Shown: positions 23,763 to 36,032 of the stretch, one piece after another
Layout of the letters: each line of letters opens with the position of its first letter
Position numbering within the stretch: the stretch's first letter is position 1
Assembly (NCBI GenBank): GCA_004022145.1
Contig: RCNU01000006.1
Origin: Paecilomyces variotii
Lineage: Eukaryota
DNA: 64,000 nt
Direction: 5' to 3' (one strand)
Made by a program: the position numbers and the translations under genes
Notes under the pieces: model-generated
The model's input: only the letters and a program-made list of their open reading frames with translations
The model's database searches: none
Told to the model about the DNA's origin: nothing

Positions 23763-24642
23763 ATGTCGCAGCCATGGGATTATATCGCAAAGCTTGTTTG
23801 CATTGGTGATTCCGGCACCGGCAAGTCCAGTGTGAGTATCAGTCATCTGAGAGTCCTCACCCAGGAACTAACTAACTAACTGCCCTACCACTCTATAGCT
23901 TACAATTCGACTCTGCGAGGGCCGTTTCTCCGCAACCCATGATGTGACTATCGGCGTGGAGTTCGGATCTCGTATCGTCCCAGTGGGACCTCCGGCGTCC
24001 TATAAGTTCGACAACGATCTCGGCGATCAGAAGCAAGGTCCATCTGGCCCCTCGTCCACCAGCTCCCAAAAAGGCCACAACAATGGATCTAGCGAGGCTC
24101 CGCAACAGAAGCGCATGAAGCTGTCTCTCTGGGATACCGCAGGCCAGGAGACATACAAATCCATCACCCGTTCCTATTTCCGGGGCGCTTCCGGAGCCCT
24201 CCTAGTATTCGACATTACTCGTCCATCCACCTTTGCCTCCGTCACCCAGTGGCTGCACGATCTCCGGCAGATCGCGGAAGATGGCATTGTGGTCGTCTTG
24301 GTCGGTAATAAATTGGATCTCGCCACTGAGAATGGCGACCCCAATCAGCCGCGAGTGACGCGTGAAGAGGCCGAGGAATGGTGTCGGCAGAATAATGTAG
24401 TGCGCTACGTCGAGACGAGCGCCAAGTCCGGCGAAGGGGTCGAACAGGCATTTCTGGAGGTAGCAGAGAGGATATATCGAAATATAGAGGCCGGACGGTA
24501 TGACCTCAACGACCGCCGAAGCGGCGTCAAGGGGTTCGGAGCCACAGGCGGTGCCAATGCAGGGATGCCCAAGACGATCGCGTTGGGAGTTAACGATGCT
24601 ATGGCAAGAGGCAGACGAGGCTGGACCGGCGGCTGCTGTTAG
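23763..24642 (+). CDS. Rab small GTPase, Rab2-like
   Basis: MSQPWDYIAKLVCIGDSGTGKSS (intron 23832-23898), TIGVEFG, WDTAGQE, SITRSYFRGA, GNKLD, ETSAK and a C-terminal GGCC prenylation motif. Confidence 0.9.
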
Positions 24643-25245
24643 AACGAAGCGGGCTATCCCCATGACGAGACTTTACGCATTGTTCCTTACTGGGACCCAG
24701 GCATGGCTCGATTGTACATATCTATAAGGTATCCCATCTCATGAGTGAGTAGGTTGTCACCTGTTTCGATAATGAGACTTGCACGTTGGCTGCTTTGCAA
24801 TAATATGCTCCCAGTTGGCCTGGGCACTGTTTGGACGGATTGCTAGTAAGCAATTCGTCAGGTTATATGAAACCGAAACAGAAGAACAGAACTTGTGTTA
24901 CTCTTACAAATACAATTTTTCGCTCGAATTAGCATTAAACCGCGCATAAGACCTTTTGGTACAACCGGTCGAATAACGAGCATGGGATCACACTTTCAAT
25001 CAACTCTTTTTGTCCCAGGTGATAAGCATTGCTTGGTTGCTAATAATCATACATCGTTCCTTAGTCCCGTGTGGATAAATCGGAAGCCGTCCCTCTAATC
25101 ACCGAAATTGAGGCCAGAAAAAAATAAAAAAAGAAAGGGTTGGAACAAAAGCGGATATTGGAGAAAACAGAAACCGCATAGTAGCGGAGTCATCATGGAA
25201 CAGTGACACTTTCCTACTGCGCTACCATGACCTCGCAAGGGCAAA

Positions 25246-27755
25246 CTAGTCCGCTATTCTCCAGCCCTTGAACCATTTCAGGTGAGCCCATTGCTGATTT
25301 GAACCTTCCATACCAAACACAATGTCACGGAAGACAATGAACAAGCCAATCGTGATCCCATAAAGAACGGTGTACAGTGCCCATTGAAGTGGCCGGGTCA
25401 ATTTCTGCGTCATCCAGTCCACGCAGAAGCCAGCCGTGAGAATGGCGAAGTAAAGGGCAGGGTAGTAATGGTGAACATATGTCACACGAGCCATGACTAT
25501 AAACGGAATGTAATGCAGGACCCAGCCGAGGAAAGGATACACACCCGAGTAGTGGATGTGGTCAATATCCGCCTGGCTCAGTTCACGATAGCCACGCTGC
25601 CAGCGAATGAGATACCAAAGTACTAGGAGCCCGAAAATGCCCAAGCTCGCTGTGCTGCTCCAGTAGACGAAAGGATTTCCCAGAAGGAAGTACTTCACCA
25701 CACTGTCATCCCAGGAGCACATACGGAGACCAACATTCAAGATGGGCCATTGCCAGAACTTCGAGGCGAGGTCGTCCTGCTTGTCAGGGTCTGGAACCAG
25801 GGCATTGTTAGAGGTCATCATTGCAACATTGAGATGGATAAAGTCTCTCAGGAATGGCGACTTGTACGAGCCAGGATCACCAGGTGGAACTAGGGAAGAT
25901 AGTTGTATGTCAGCAGCAGTCTTACTTAAGGTTTCTATCAATAATGGCTCAACTCACGTCGGTCGTTCCAGTGGGATTCTACGTTCCAGTGGGTGTAGGT
26001 ATCTCTGGGATTGTTGCTCTTGACACATGTGGTCTCGATCTGTTTGAAACCCCACTGTGGCAGGTTAACGTTGCCTGCCCGTAGATAGCAACCGAGAACC
26101 GGGTGGCGTAGTCGGAAGGCAGTCGTAAGAGTTCTAATCTTCGAACGGTCTCTCGATGCAGCATCGCTGACCACTTCAACAACCCAATGATCCTTTTCAT
26201 CGCCAATAGTAATGTTTCCGTAGCAAGAAACCTCGTAATCAGCCTTCGTGACGGGGGCCGCGATGGCGTGAGAGTGAAGGTTGCGGCCCGTCTGGGCGTG
26301 AATTAGGCGAATAGTGTCACCGTCTCCAACGAACTTCAATGGTCCTTCGGGGTCATATTCGGGTTCGTGGCGGTTGGGGTAGAAGAACCAATCGTTGTTC
26401 GCATCCTTGTGATGATAACATGTCACTTGCTGCTGGCCCGAGCCCTCAGGGTACGTTTGAACATGAGAGTGAAGAAGACCGCCTCCGTAACCCATGTTTT
26501 TGATAGTGGCTCTCGATCCAATGGCAATCTCGAGAGGACTGTCCTTGCCGACTTCCGTGCCCTTCAGGTTGGCTTGGAACAGAGAGCTCATCTGCGCATC
26601 TCCAGGGCCGCTGTTTTCAAGAATCAAGAAGTGGAGGTAGAAAGAAAACATGTAGACGAGAATCGGGATGACGATCAGACCAACGACGCGAGCTACTAGA
26701 TGTTGTGCAAGCACCACCTGCCGGTTCGTCAGAACTTGATAGGCCAGATTACTATCCGAATCCGATTCTGTACTAACCTTGGGCATTTTGAGGTCTCCAA
26801 ACTTGTTCCACAGGTCCTCAATAGTGTAGATGCCAACCAAGGCGGTACAGAACAAGCCGACCATCTTGACACTGCAGACACAGCCAATGCTCAAGCCGGT
26901 CAGGAAAAGCCACGTGAACCACTCCAATGAGAAGCTCTTGTGCTGCAGCCGGTGGAATCTCGCCCAGCAAAGAATGGTGGTGAACGTAAAGCAGAGGAGC
27001 ATAGAGTCGAGTAGGATAAACCTCGAGATGGTCGCGTACGAGTTCTCAAAGAGCACCATCAGGGTAATCAGCCAGACCGTGACTCGTCGGAACCGGAGTT
27101 CGCGTGCAGTGTAGTACGCCAGCGGCACGCAGACAGCACCGAAGAAGGCGTTGAAGACACGCATAAACATGTAGTTGACATCCTCCGGGTATTTCTCTCC
27201 AGATTTGAACTCGAAGGATCCATTGTAACCCGCGAGGTAGCCAGACAGGCCAACCAGTATCTTTCCCAGTGGCGGGTGGACATCGAAATAGAACTCGCGC
27301 TTCAGATAGTGGGAACCGAATTTGCCAAAACTGCGCGTGAGCAGGACGGTCAGCAATGGAACGGAGACTGAGGAGGTCAGTGAGCGGGGGCCATCTTACT
27401 GAGCTTCGTCCCACGTCACGATGTTCGAGCGGCCAATCCGCCACATTCGCGTGAAAAACGAGAGGGCTGTAAAGATCAAAGGTGCCAGTATGAACTCCCA
27501 CTCATCCAAGACGGCCCCAAGGGACTTTTGCTACGATTCAGGACAGTTGTCAGCAACTCCGTGTAAAGAGCGCGGTGCCGCGGGAAATGGGGCAGTTGTG
27601 CTCGACGATACCTTTCTGTGCACCTTGACATCCTGTTCGTCTCGCACCACAGCTGGAACATTCCCACGGCTATCTTCCGTTCCTGGAACGTTTCTGCGTC
27701 GCACCCCGGCGTTCTGGTCAGCGCCGGTGGTCAATGCAGCATCGGTTGACGCCAT
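25246..27755 (-). CDS. pmt2: Dolichyl-phosphate-mannose:protein O-mannosyltransferase, PMT2 subfamily
   Basis: [40 protein letters not shown], MIR domains (GGGLLHSH, GRNLHSH) and MARVTYVHHYYPALYF; multiple introns. Confidence 0.95.
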
Positions 27756-28766
27756 TGTGAAATGCGGAATCTAGAGCTTGAATGCGAAGACACAGAACAG
27801 CGGTATCGGGAGCGTCAAGCCGGACGCGATCCTGGCGGGAGTCGTCCAGTGACTCAATGGAAGTCAATTGCAGCTATGGGAGACTTCAAGCCCGCAGGGA
27901 ACGCAGCATCTCCGACGATGGGCGTGGAAAGGACTAAGTCGGATTTAGCTGTGCTCAGACGAGGAGGGGGGTTTATTGCCAGTTCAGGACACGAGCGACC
28001 AAAACAAGGGTGGTCGAGAACAAGGGAGGCAGAGAAGGAGAGTCAGACTCACGGGAGATTATTTTATTTATTTATTTTAGATATTATTCCGGCTGGTGGA
28101 AACGAAGGATGGACAGCTCCAGCGAGGGGAGACGCGAGAAGAAGGAGCTGGCCAGAAAGTTCAAGGACACGCAGCATTCTACAAACGGGAATGGCCGAGT
28201 GGAACCTTTCAGCAGTCCACGAGGACCGCGCCCGACGTCCGGACGGCCAGGGTTATTATTAGGTCTTTTATTGTTGTGGCTGACGGCGCACACTCCTTTT
28301 TTGGTGTATGTTTTATGTTTTTGGACACAATTGTATCTGTGCTCGTTTGATTATTATTATTGTGGTTATTATTGTGGTCATGGATGTATTTTGGTTTTGT
28401 TCTGCCGCTGTCTTAACAGTAGATAGACCCTGCACCCGAGAGTACCATGTTTCGATCTTAACACTAGACTTGGTTATCTATCAGATCAGAGGACCCGCTA
28501 CCTCCGTCACCACGTAAGGGGAATAATCCCATCCAAGAAAGGGGTCGTTTGTGTATATATAGGTGTATATTATCTATACGGTATATCATCAATACCATAC
28601 ATATTGTTTCGTCTGCTACCAGAGCTATCTACAGATAGATGGATAGAATACAATTATAACAATAAAAATAAAGTAAGCAAAAATACGCCCGGACAATCCA
28701 CTCCCCAATGGGACAACATCCATGCAAATGCGGACAGCAGAAACCATATCAAAAAAAAAAAAGACC

Positions 28767-28810
<44 letters not shown>
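28767..28810. repeat. (AGT)n trinucleotide microsatellite next to an A12 run
   Basis: About 14.7 perfect copies, ~140 nt downstream of the MFS stop codon. Confidence 0.95.
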
Positions 28811-28948
28811 CAGTTCCTCTGCATTCCATTTGTCATTATTGAAATTCCAAGAGCGAAACATAATAGGCTGTAAATTCCATACTGCAACGGAGGGATATCA
28901 TCCTCACGTCTCCAGCAACAGACTCTGACCCCAGACTCCCACTTGATT

Positions 28949-30940
28949 TTATTCCTCCTCATCCTGCCCCAGACGTCTATATTGGCTACTACTACTGCCG
29001 CCTTTCGCTCCGGCATTCCGGTTGCGGTTCACCATATTCGAGATCCAGCCACCAATGCCCTCGCTCCGGTCATCATCGCGGCCATGTTTGCCGTTGGAAC
29101 TGCCGTTGATGTTTGGAGGTTCGATGTCCAGTCCGGGAATGGCACTCTCTGCGCCGAATTGGTGCGGCTGACGTCGAATATCAAGAGACGGGACCGGCGA
29201 GCCCGCCCCTATCAGAGATCCTCGTTCCGCCTGTGCCGCAGGAGTTGGCATTGCCGTTGAAGCATCCCCGAACAGAACATTCATATCTTCTAGGCGAACA
29301 CCACTGGTCTCTGGGTACAGGAAGTACACTAGAATAGCAGTCAACAAACTGATGGCAAACTCCCGACAGCAACATTTAAGAACTTACCAACAACAAAACT
29401 ACACGCACAGAAGAACGCGTGAACGAGATATAGGCGCCATTTGATAGCTGCTTGCAGGATGGGGGTCACTTCTCCAACGAGCCAGTTGAACGCCCAATTG
29501 GTGGCGGTACTCAAACTAGCGCCTTTTGCACGAATGCTGAGCGGGAGAATTTCCGGGGGATACAGCCATGGAATGGGGCCCCAGGACGCGCCGAATGCAG
29601 CGTTGTAGATCATGACGAAAATGACTGTCAGGGTAGGAGTGGCAGGCACGTCGATATAGATGAAGTAGGAGATCGCAGAGAGCGAGAGGAGCATGGCCAC
29701 TGCACCGGAAAGCAGGATCGGGCGTCTACCCCAGCGGTCGACGAGGTACCACGGCGGTATAGTAGACGCAAAATACGAAAGTGCATTGACACCCGTCATC
29801 AGGATAGCTGCTCGACCTGCCCAACCAGCGGACTCAAACACCAGAGGGGCGTAGTAAGAGATCACGTTGATACCGTTGAGCTGTGCCAAGGCCTGAGCTG
29901 ACATGGCAATGAAGACACGCCTGTAGTAGCGCTTGAACATGTCCCCGTATGACCTTTCACCCTCTTGGCGCTGAAGGAGGACGTTCATCTTGATCTCTCG
30001 ATACTCCTGTCGGGCCTTGTCATTGTGCAGGTCCCCTCCACCATACAGGTTGGCAATGACCACCATGCCCTCCTCATCATGATCATTATCCAACAACCAC
30101 CTGGGGTCATAAGTTAGCTCACATGCTAACGGACAGCCATCGAATACACCTCACTGGACACAATGGGATCCCATACTTACCTAGGCGACTCGCAAATGAT
30201 CAGACTACCAAACCCGAGAAGGGCTCCCATAATGCATTGGCACAGCAGCGGAAGACGCCAAGAATAATCGCTCTCGATAAAGCTGCATAGATAGTCAACC
30301 CATACGCTAGCCGCGTATCCGGTGATGTTGCCCGTAAACTCGATACAGGCCAGCTTTCCTCTGTTATGCGGCGGAGAAATCTCCGACTGGTAAACCGGAA
30401 CGATAGTCGAGAGTGCACCAACTCCGAGACCAGCAATGATACGACCAACCATCATCATTGGCAGACCATTGGCAAACGATTGGAAGGCACCACCGATGAA
30501 GAAGATGATCGACCCGTACAGAATGGTTCGCCTGCGGCCTATCACATCACCGATCCTCCCAACAAGTATCGAGGAAATGAACGCTCCTATTTCCAGAATG
30601 GCAACGACAGTACCGATCTCCGCTCGGGACGGTTGATTGAAGTAGTCCTTAAAATACCAACCCCTAGACTAGCATTAGTATATTGATTGACGCCAGATTG
30701 CTGAATTGACCCATGGCAAGTTTCAGATCAGATAAGACGTACGTAATAATACCAGACATGACACCCTGATCATATCCAAAAAGGAAAACGCCTAAAGAAA
30801 CAAAGACACTGGTAAAATACCTAGCGAGCTGTTAGTAATGGGGCCTTCGTAGAGCACGAATGAGAGCGTCGGAGCACATACAGCAATGGCTTGCCCACCA
30901 AGCCATGCGTGAGGGCGGCCTGTCGATTGCTGGGCGACAT
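28949..30940 (-). CDS. MFS sugar porter (monosaccharide transporter); coordinates from first ATG, probable longer non-AUG form
   Basis: MSPSNRQAALTHGLVGKPLL|YFTSVFVSLGVFLFGYDQGVMSGII, GRRRTILYG, VYQSEISPPHNRG, ESPRWL, QLNGINVISYY, WGPIPWLYPPEI and PETSGVRLE sugar-porter motifs. Confidence 0.92.
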
Positions 30941-33122
30941 GATGGCTGCTATAACCCGCTCCGCTCGAGAGATCCGTCTTGGAGCGGGTCTAGGGAGCTC
31001 TATGGCCTCTTTATCAACTCCACCGTGCTGACTGACGTCTTCCGGGTAATGTACTCTTTTCTTCTTCTTCGTCCCCCCTCGAGACCGAGCCCGAGCGTGT
31101 CCGAAGACCTCCTCGTCGAGAGACGGGCGCAGACGGGACCGAAGAGGGTCCTCCGCGTCGGCGAGCTGCTCCGCTAGGTCGCCAGTATCGGACCAGGTGG
31201 AAAAGTCAGAGGCGTAGGATGAACGGGAGGACGGCCGACTGCCTTCCTTCTTCTCTTCTTCCCCGGATTCAAATAGCAACGTCGACCGCTCTGCCCCGGA
31301 TCGAGAATGGGACGAGAGACGCCGGAGAGGGATGCTGGCGGAAGTACGGCGGGCGGAGCTGGAGGAAGGAATGATGGCGGTGATAAAGGGCTGGTCGAAG
31401 CAGCCCTATTTCCGCGGCGAGACAGGAGTGATGATCTCGGAATGAGAGGAAGAAAGGACGTTGGCAGAGGGGTAGGTTCGACGATCGCAGCAATGACGGC
31501 CTCCGACGATAGACTTCGAGGGGAGGGCGGTGTGCCGACAGCACGAGGTCCCGCGGGCAAGTCAGTCAGTCTGTCGTCTTCCAGCAGTGACTTGGATGCG
31601 TTGGAGATGGGGGATGAAGCCAAAGAGCGAGAGTGAGCACGCTCACAGCGCGGTCAGCCAGTCACAGAGCAGACCACCGATCACAACAAATGGCTGGTCG
31701 ATGACAGTGGAATAATAATAATGGTGGGCTCTTTAGCTTTCTTGAAGCCGCTCACGAGACGAACTGGAGCCAGATGCAAGATGACGACGAGTGGACAATA
31801 ATATCAAGTCTAGCAGTGGCGGCGATCAGACATTACAGCGCTGGAGGTATTTATCCGGACGACAGTGGACAGACAGTTGGGTGCAATTGGGCTGGCAACG
31901 CGGAGATCTGGCGCGTATGGTCGCTTTAGGGGGTTCAAGTATCAGGATCGGTATTGAGTATCAAGAGGAGATTGATTCCACGATGCGGGATAGATTGATA
32001 AAGAGGATCTCTGGCAGCTACGACAGTAGATAAACCGTTACAAGAGTCTCGCGTCGCAGACACCAAGACACTGGTTAGTTAGTAATTACTCTGGGGTTCA
32101 AAGCCGGATTAGGCGTCTTGGGAAGAGCGGAGTAATAATTAAATGCATAATAATAGGTACCATACATACTAAGGGGATCAGGGGGGCGGGAAAACGGTGG
32201 AAAGCCACTTACATACTAAGAACTAAGAAAGCTGGGGACGGTCGATCCGCCTTTTGCTCCCTCATCGCGTGAACAACAATACGAACAGAATTCGGATGCT
32301 TGTCCTCCGCGCGGCAAATGCTAAGAGGACAACACCTCGGTTCAACAATCAGTCACAGGGTATTACTGGTCTACTTCCCAATAATCACTGACTATTTAAT
32401 AAATCATCATCTAGTCCAACTACCCCGAGAATCGAGATAGATCGACCGTTCTCTCGAATCTGACCTCGTGGCCATCATTTCCTGGTGCCGGAAAAGAGGG
32501 GCCGCGCGCTGCTCCTCTGACGCGGCAATCGCTCCGTGGCCAATAACAATTATTCCAAGAGAAGCTGATCGCATCCGGAGAATCGCCCAGGTTCAATGCT
32601 CGACCACTGGACTCTCGCCGTTGAAATACACTGAATTATAGATACTTAGTAGGGAAGCAGAACACTTCCATGTATTCTCTCTGGCGTTACTTATCCTCTA
32701 GTGTTTTTTTTTGTAAGAATTAGACTTTACATCTATGTCATAATTATAACAGAAACAGTCGTTATACGGTTAGTGCTGGGTTCTTTATATCCTGAAAATC
32801 TTTCCCTCACATTCTTTTCTGATAACCAATTATCAGATGGTGCTTTCCATTCTTCAGGAATAGCTATACTTGTGCCATGTCAAATACATGCTTTATGGTA
32901 CATCGTCTTTTACAAGTAGGCCCATACAGCGTCGACGTCGGCTCATTGTTAAATCAACCTCATAACCCCTTAGGGTCAGTCCTGTGGTACCGCAACTCTG
33001 ATGCTTATTTCTATACTGTAGTCGGATGGAACCTACGGCCGAGAAAGGAAAAGAGGACACACACAAGGAATACGAAATGACTCTATGGGAAGAGCTAACT
33101 CTGAGTAATCTGGAAGATATCA

Positions 33123-35489
33123 TCACTCAATGCACCACAATTGCCGGTCATATTTTTTCTCAACATAAGCCCCATAGAGAAAATCAGTCCCCCTATTCCT
33201 AACCCGGGCTGTCATGCCTGGACCAAGCCCTTCGAAGTCGCCAATACGCGTTGATTCATCTCGGCAAACTACAGAACCTAACTTTCTCCCATATATTATA
33301 CCTTCGCTCTCTTCGACAATGGCAACAAGAATGCCCACGTCCTCCATCATGCTCTCCACTCCCATGAACGAGAGAAGGGCCACTTTCGTTGCCCCGAATG
33401 CTTGCTTTGGATTTATACTGTTTCTCACTTCACGTCGTCCTACACCAGTATCTGAAATAACCGCTTCGGAATACTGCCAAACCTTACGCTTGCAATGGAA
33501 GACGACACGTTGACATCTCCCCATTTCTTCGATTAGGTAAAAATAGCTTGTGAGCGTCGTGTCGGAAACGTCAAACACACGCCCGCGAAGTTGGACCCGT
33601 AGTCCACGGGAGGATGGTTTTCCATGGGGTAGATGTTGATAATTACCGGGAAGCTGGAAATACTCGCCCGTGTGTTGCATAATATTGGATGCCGAGAGAA
33701 GCAGCGTGCGTGGTGCCCATCTTAGACCGGGCTTGTCGATTGTATCTCCCATGTAACACAGGATATTGAGGGGAACGGAATCCATCATAGCCCAAAACAG
33801 CTCCATTCGGGACAGTACATCTTTCTCCCTCAATATCGGTTCCATGTCAAGGTTAAGCAGTGCAGCCAAGCACAGAGTTTCATCAGAAGCCTGACTCGTG
33901 CTCCGGAATGCCACAGCTGTCATCACGGCCGGAAGCGCTTCTTCTCTATCAGAGGAAATCATTCGAAACCCTCGAAGGCTGTCGTATTTTGCGGCCAGAG
34001 AGGGCCAGATTGTAGTACTTGTGGTGATATCTAAAGAAGCTTTACAGCGTCGGAAAGTCAAGTCCAGATCACAAATATCATCCCTGAATAGAAAGAATAT
34101 TGCTTTCGCCAGAGCGCCCTCCTGATAAGTCCACAGGCGTCGGTTCCATGCGGCATTAAAGATTCTCACGAGTAATTCGGTGTCACTCATTTGAAAGCAA
34201 GTCGTGGACATTAGCCAAGAGTCCAAGACCAGGACTGCGGTAGAGTTTTCGTACACCTGTCGCATCATCTTTAAAGCGGTATCTTGTGCCTCCTTTTGGT
34301 CGGCTGCATCAGGGGGGACACATAATGTATCAAGCCAAAACAGGACGGTATCTGCGGCTTTCCCGGGCAGATTACGTATAAGGCTACTCAGATGAAGTAG
34401 TTGGCATCTTGGAAGTGCGTTTCTTTCAACGTTTCCGAGCCCATCTGACCACACATGGGATATGGCAATATAAGACATATCGCTTTTAGCATCAACGAGC
34501 TCAACGTAGGCGCTGTCATCTCCAGGGTCAATAGACACGATGAGAGGGATCCTGCCGCGATTGAGGGATGTAGTAGGGTCTGCAATAATATCATCGCACC
34601 CAGGGCATCCATCCACATGCTTTGTTTTGTATATATCATCTGAGAGCTGCCGGGGTGAACAACTGAGCTCATTACATAGCCTCTGACTGGATGGTTTGTA
34701 TCCTTCCTTGTTGCTGATATTAATCATACGATGCTCTTCTCCAACTGGCGATGGTGTTAGATTCGCTATGAAAATAAGGGCAGAGACAGTAAAAAGCTTC
34801 GTCATAGGCATAATATCAGAAGGACACCAGCCGCGTTGCCGTAAAGCCATCCACATGTAAGGCCTGCTGGTGTCCGGATGAAAATTTAGCGATTGGTTCA
34901 TTATTTCATTAGGTCCCGAAGGAGACCAATGAGTAGTTATATTGCCAAAATCATGGAGTACCATGTTTGCCAGTACATGGTCTGGGTGTCGAGGATCAGA
35001 AGGGCCTTCAGCCATAATAAATGCATACAAGCTCTCAACAGACTGCAGGGACTCGGGATCATTCCTTCTGTGTCCCCACTCGCCTTGCAAATTAGAATGT
35101 ATATTATAGCATAGTCGGAGTGCAAAGACTCCATGATCATCGTTGCCTGATGTCCGTTCGACGGCTTGTAAAGCAATTGCCGGCAGCAGTTGTGTAGTAA
35201 GGATTGGGAGACCGGACTGGTCGCGTTTATGGGACAGAAATACGGTCTTGACATCAATCGGGCATAGCCTCACATGGATGAGGCCGAAATATAGCCACCG
35301 CTGAAGAAACGCTAGGAAGTCGTCGGGGGGGTCATCGAAAATCGCCTGCCATTCAGCCACAGTGAAGGGACCCCAACCCTGACGGTTGGGGTAAGTGAGA
35401 AAGTCGCCGCCATCATAATTAGTCATGCTGAGGATGGGAACTTCGAACCGAAATCCAGCCGGGTTGCTGGGTAAGATAAGATGGTCCAT
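33123..35489 (-). CDS. HET (heterokaryon incompatibility) domain protein
   Basis: Intronless, 788 aa. HET motifs YIAISHVWSDGLGN, LFWLDTLCVP, MRQVYENSTAVLVLD and WNRRLWTYQEG; the N-terminal LQRWLYFGL and GWCP blocks are typical of this HET subfamily. Confidence 0.9.
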   Translation of the reverse strand: MDHLILPSNPAGFRFEVPILSMTNYDGGDFLTYPNRQGWGPFTVAEWQAIFDDPPDDFLAFLQRWLYFGLIHVRLCPIDVKTVFLSHKRDQSGLPILTTQLLPAIALQAVERTSGNDDHGVFALRLCYNIHSNLQGEWGHRRNDPESLQSVESLYAFIMAEGPSDPRHPDHVLANMVLHDFGNITTHWSPSGPNEIMNQSLNFHPDTSRPYMWMALRQRGWCPSDIMPMTKLFTVSALIFIANLTPSPVGEEHRMINISNKEGYKPSSQRLCNELSCSPRQLSDDIYKTKHVDGCPGCDDIIADPTTSLNRGRIPLIVSIDPGDDSAYVELVDAKSDMSYIAISHVWSDGLGNVERNALPRCQLLHLSSLIRNLPGKAADTVLFWLDTLCVPPDAADQKEAQDTALKMMRQVYENSTAVLVLDSWLMSTTCFQMSDTELLVRIFNAAWNRRLWTYQEGALAKAIFFLFRDDICDLDLTFRRCKASLDITTSTTIWPSLAAKYDSLRGFRMISSDREEALPAVMTAVAFRSTSQASDETLCLAALLNLDMEPILREKDVLSRMELFWAMMDSVPLNILCYMGDTIDKPGLRWAPRTLLLSASNIMQHTGEYFQLPGNYQHLPHGKPSSRGLRVQLRGRVFDVSDTTLTSYFYLIEEMGRCQRVVFHCKRKVWQYSEAVISDTGVGRREVRNSINPKQAFGATKVALLSFMGVESMMEDVGILVAIVEESEGIIYGRKLGSVVCRDESTRIGDFEGLGPGMTARVRNRGTDFLYGAYVEKKYDRQLWCIE

Positions 35490-36032
35490 AGTAGCGAGTA
35501 CTTATCAACCGATGACTCTGAAAAAAGGGGACGCGTTCCATTGATACTTATAGTAAGAGCTAGAAGATTTTGAGGCTGAGAAGGGGAGGTTGCACTTTGG
35601 GGGGAGTCAGCAGTATGTACTCCGTAAGTAGCAGCTGGACGAGGGCTTGACATTCATGTGACTCGCAGTCTCTATACATGTTGCTGACGTGTCGATCATC
35701 GTAGCCTACTTAAGGCTGACAACTAAATAGCAACAAGGCTGGATAAATAGAATCAGACCAATCTGACCGTGACCGATCATTGAGGAGTCCCACCATTATG
35801 TCTCCGTTGGGCACCTTTCATGAAATCATAGGTGTTCTGATTGCAGTGCTCTTCAGCAATAAGCATCGATAGATATAAAATCAGTGCCGATCCTCTTATA
35901 TGCGTAGCCTTCCTCACCCCCTCCACCTTTTGGAGGCACATCGCATAAGGAAAAAAAGAGAAAAGGAAGAAAAAGAAAAAGCAGCATTGATTACGGTATC
36001 ATAGGACACCATCTCAACGCACCCGCTCGCAA

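Noticed and set aside
28625-29016. Poly-Leu/poly-Tyr/poly-Ser ORFs
   Set aside because: These are artefacts of the (AGT)n microsatellite.
31174-31623. 149-aa Pro/Ser-rich minus-strand ORF upstream of the MFS gene
   Set aside because: It has a TTG start, is out of frame with the transporter and has no recognisable domain. It is probably a by-product of the C-rich leader.
32530-32610. tRNA-like words (GCTCCGTGGCCAAT...GGTTCAAT) at the HET island edge
   Set aside because: I could not build an acceptor stem or cloverleaf.
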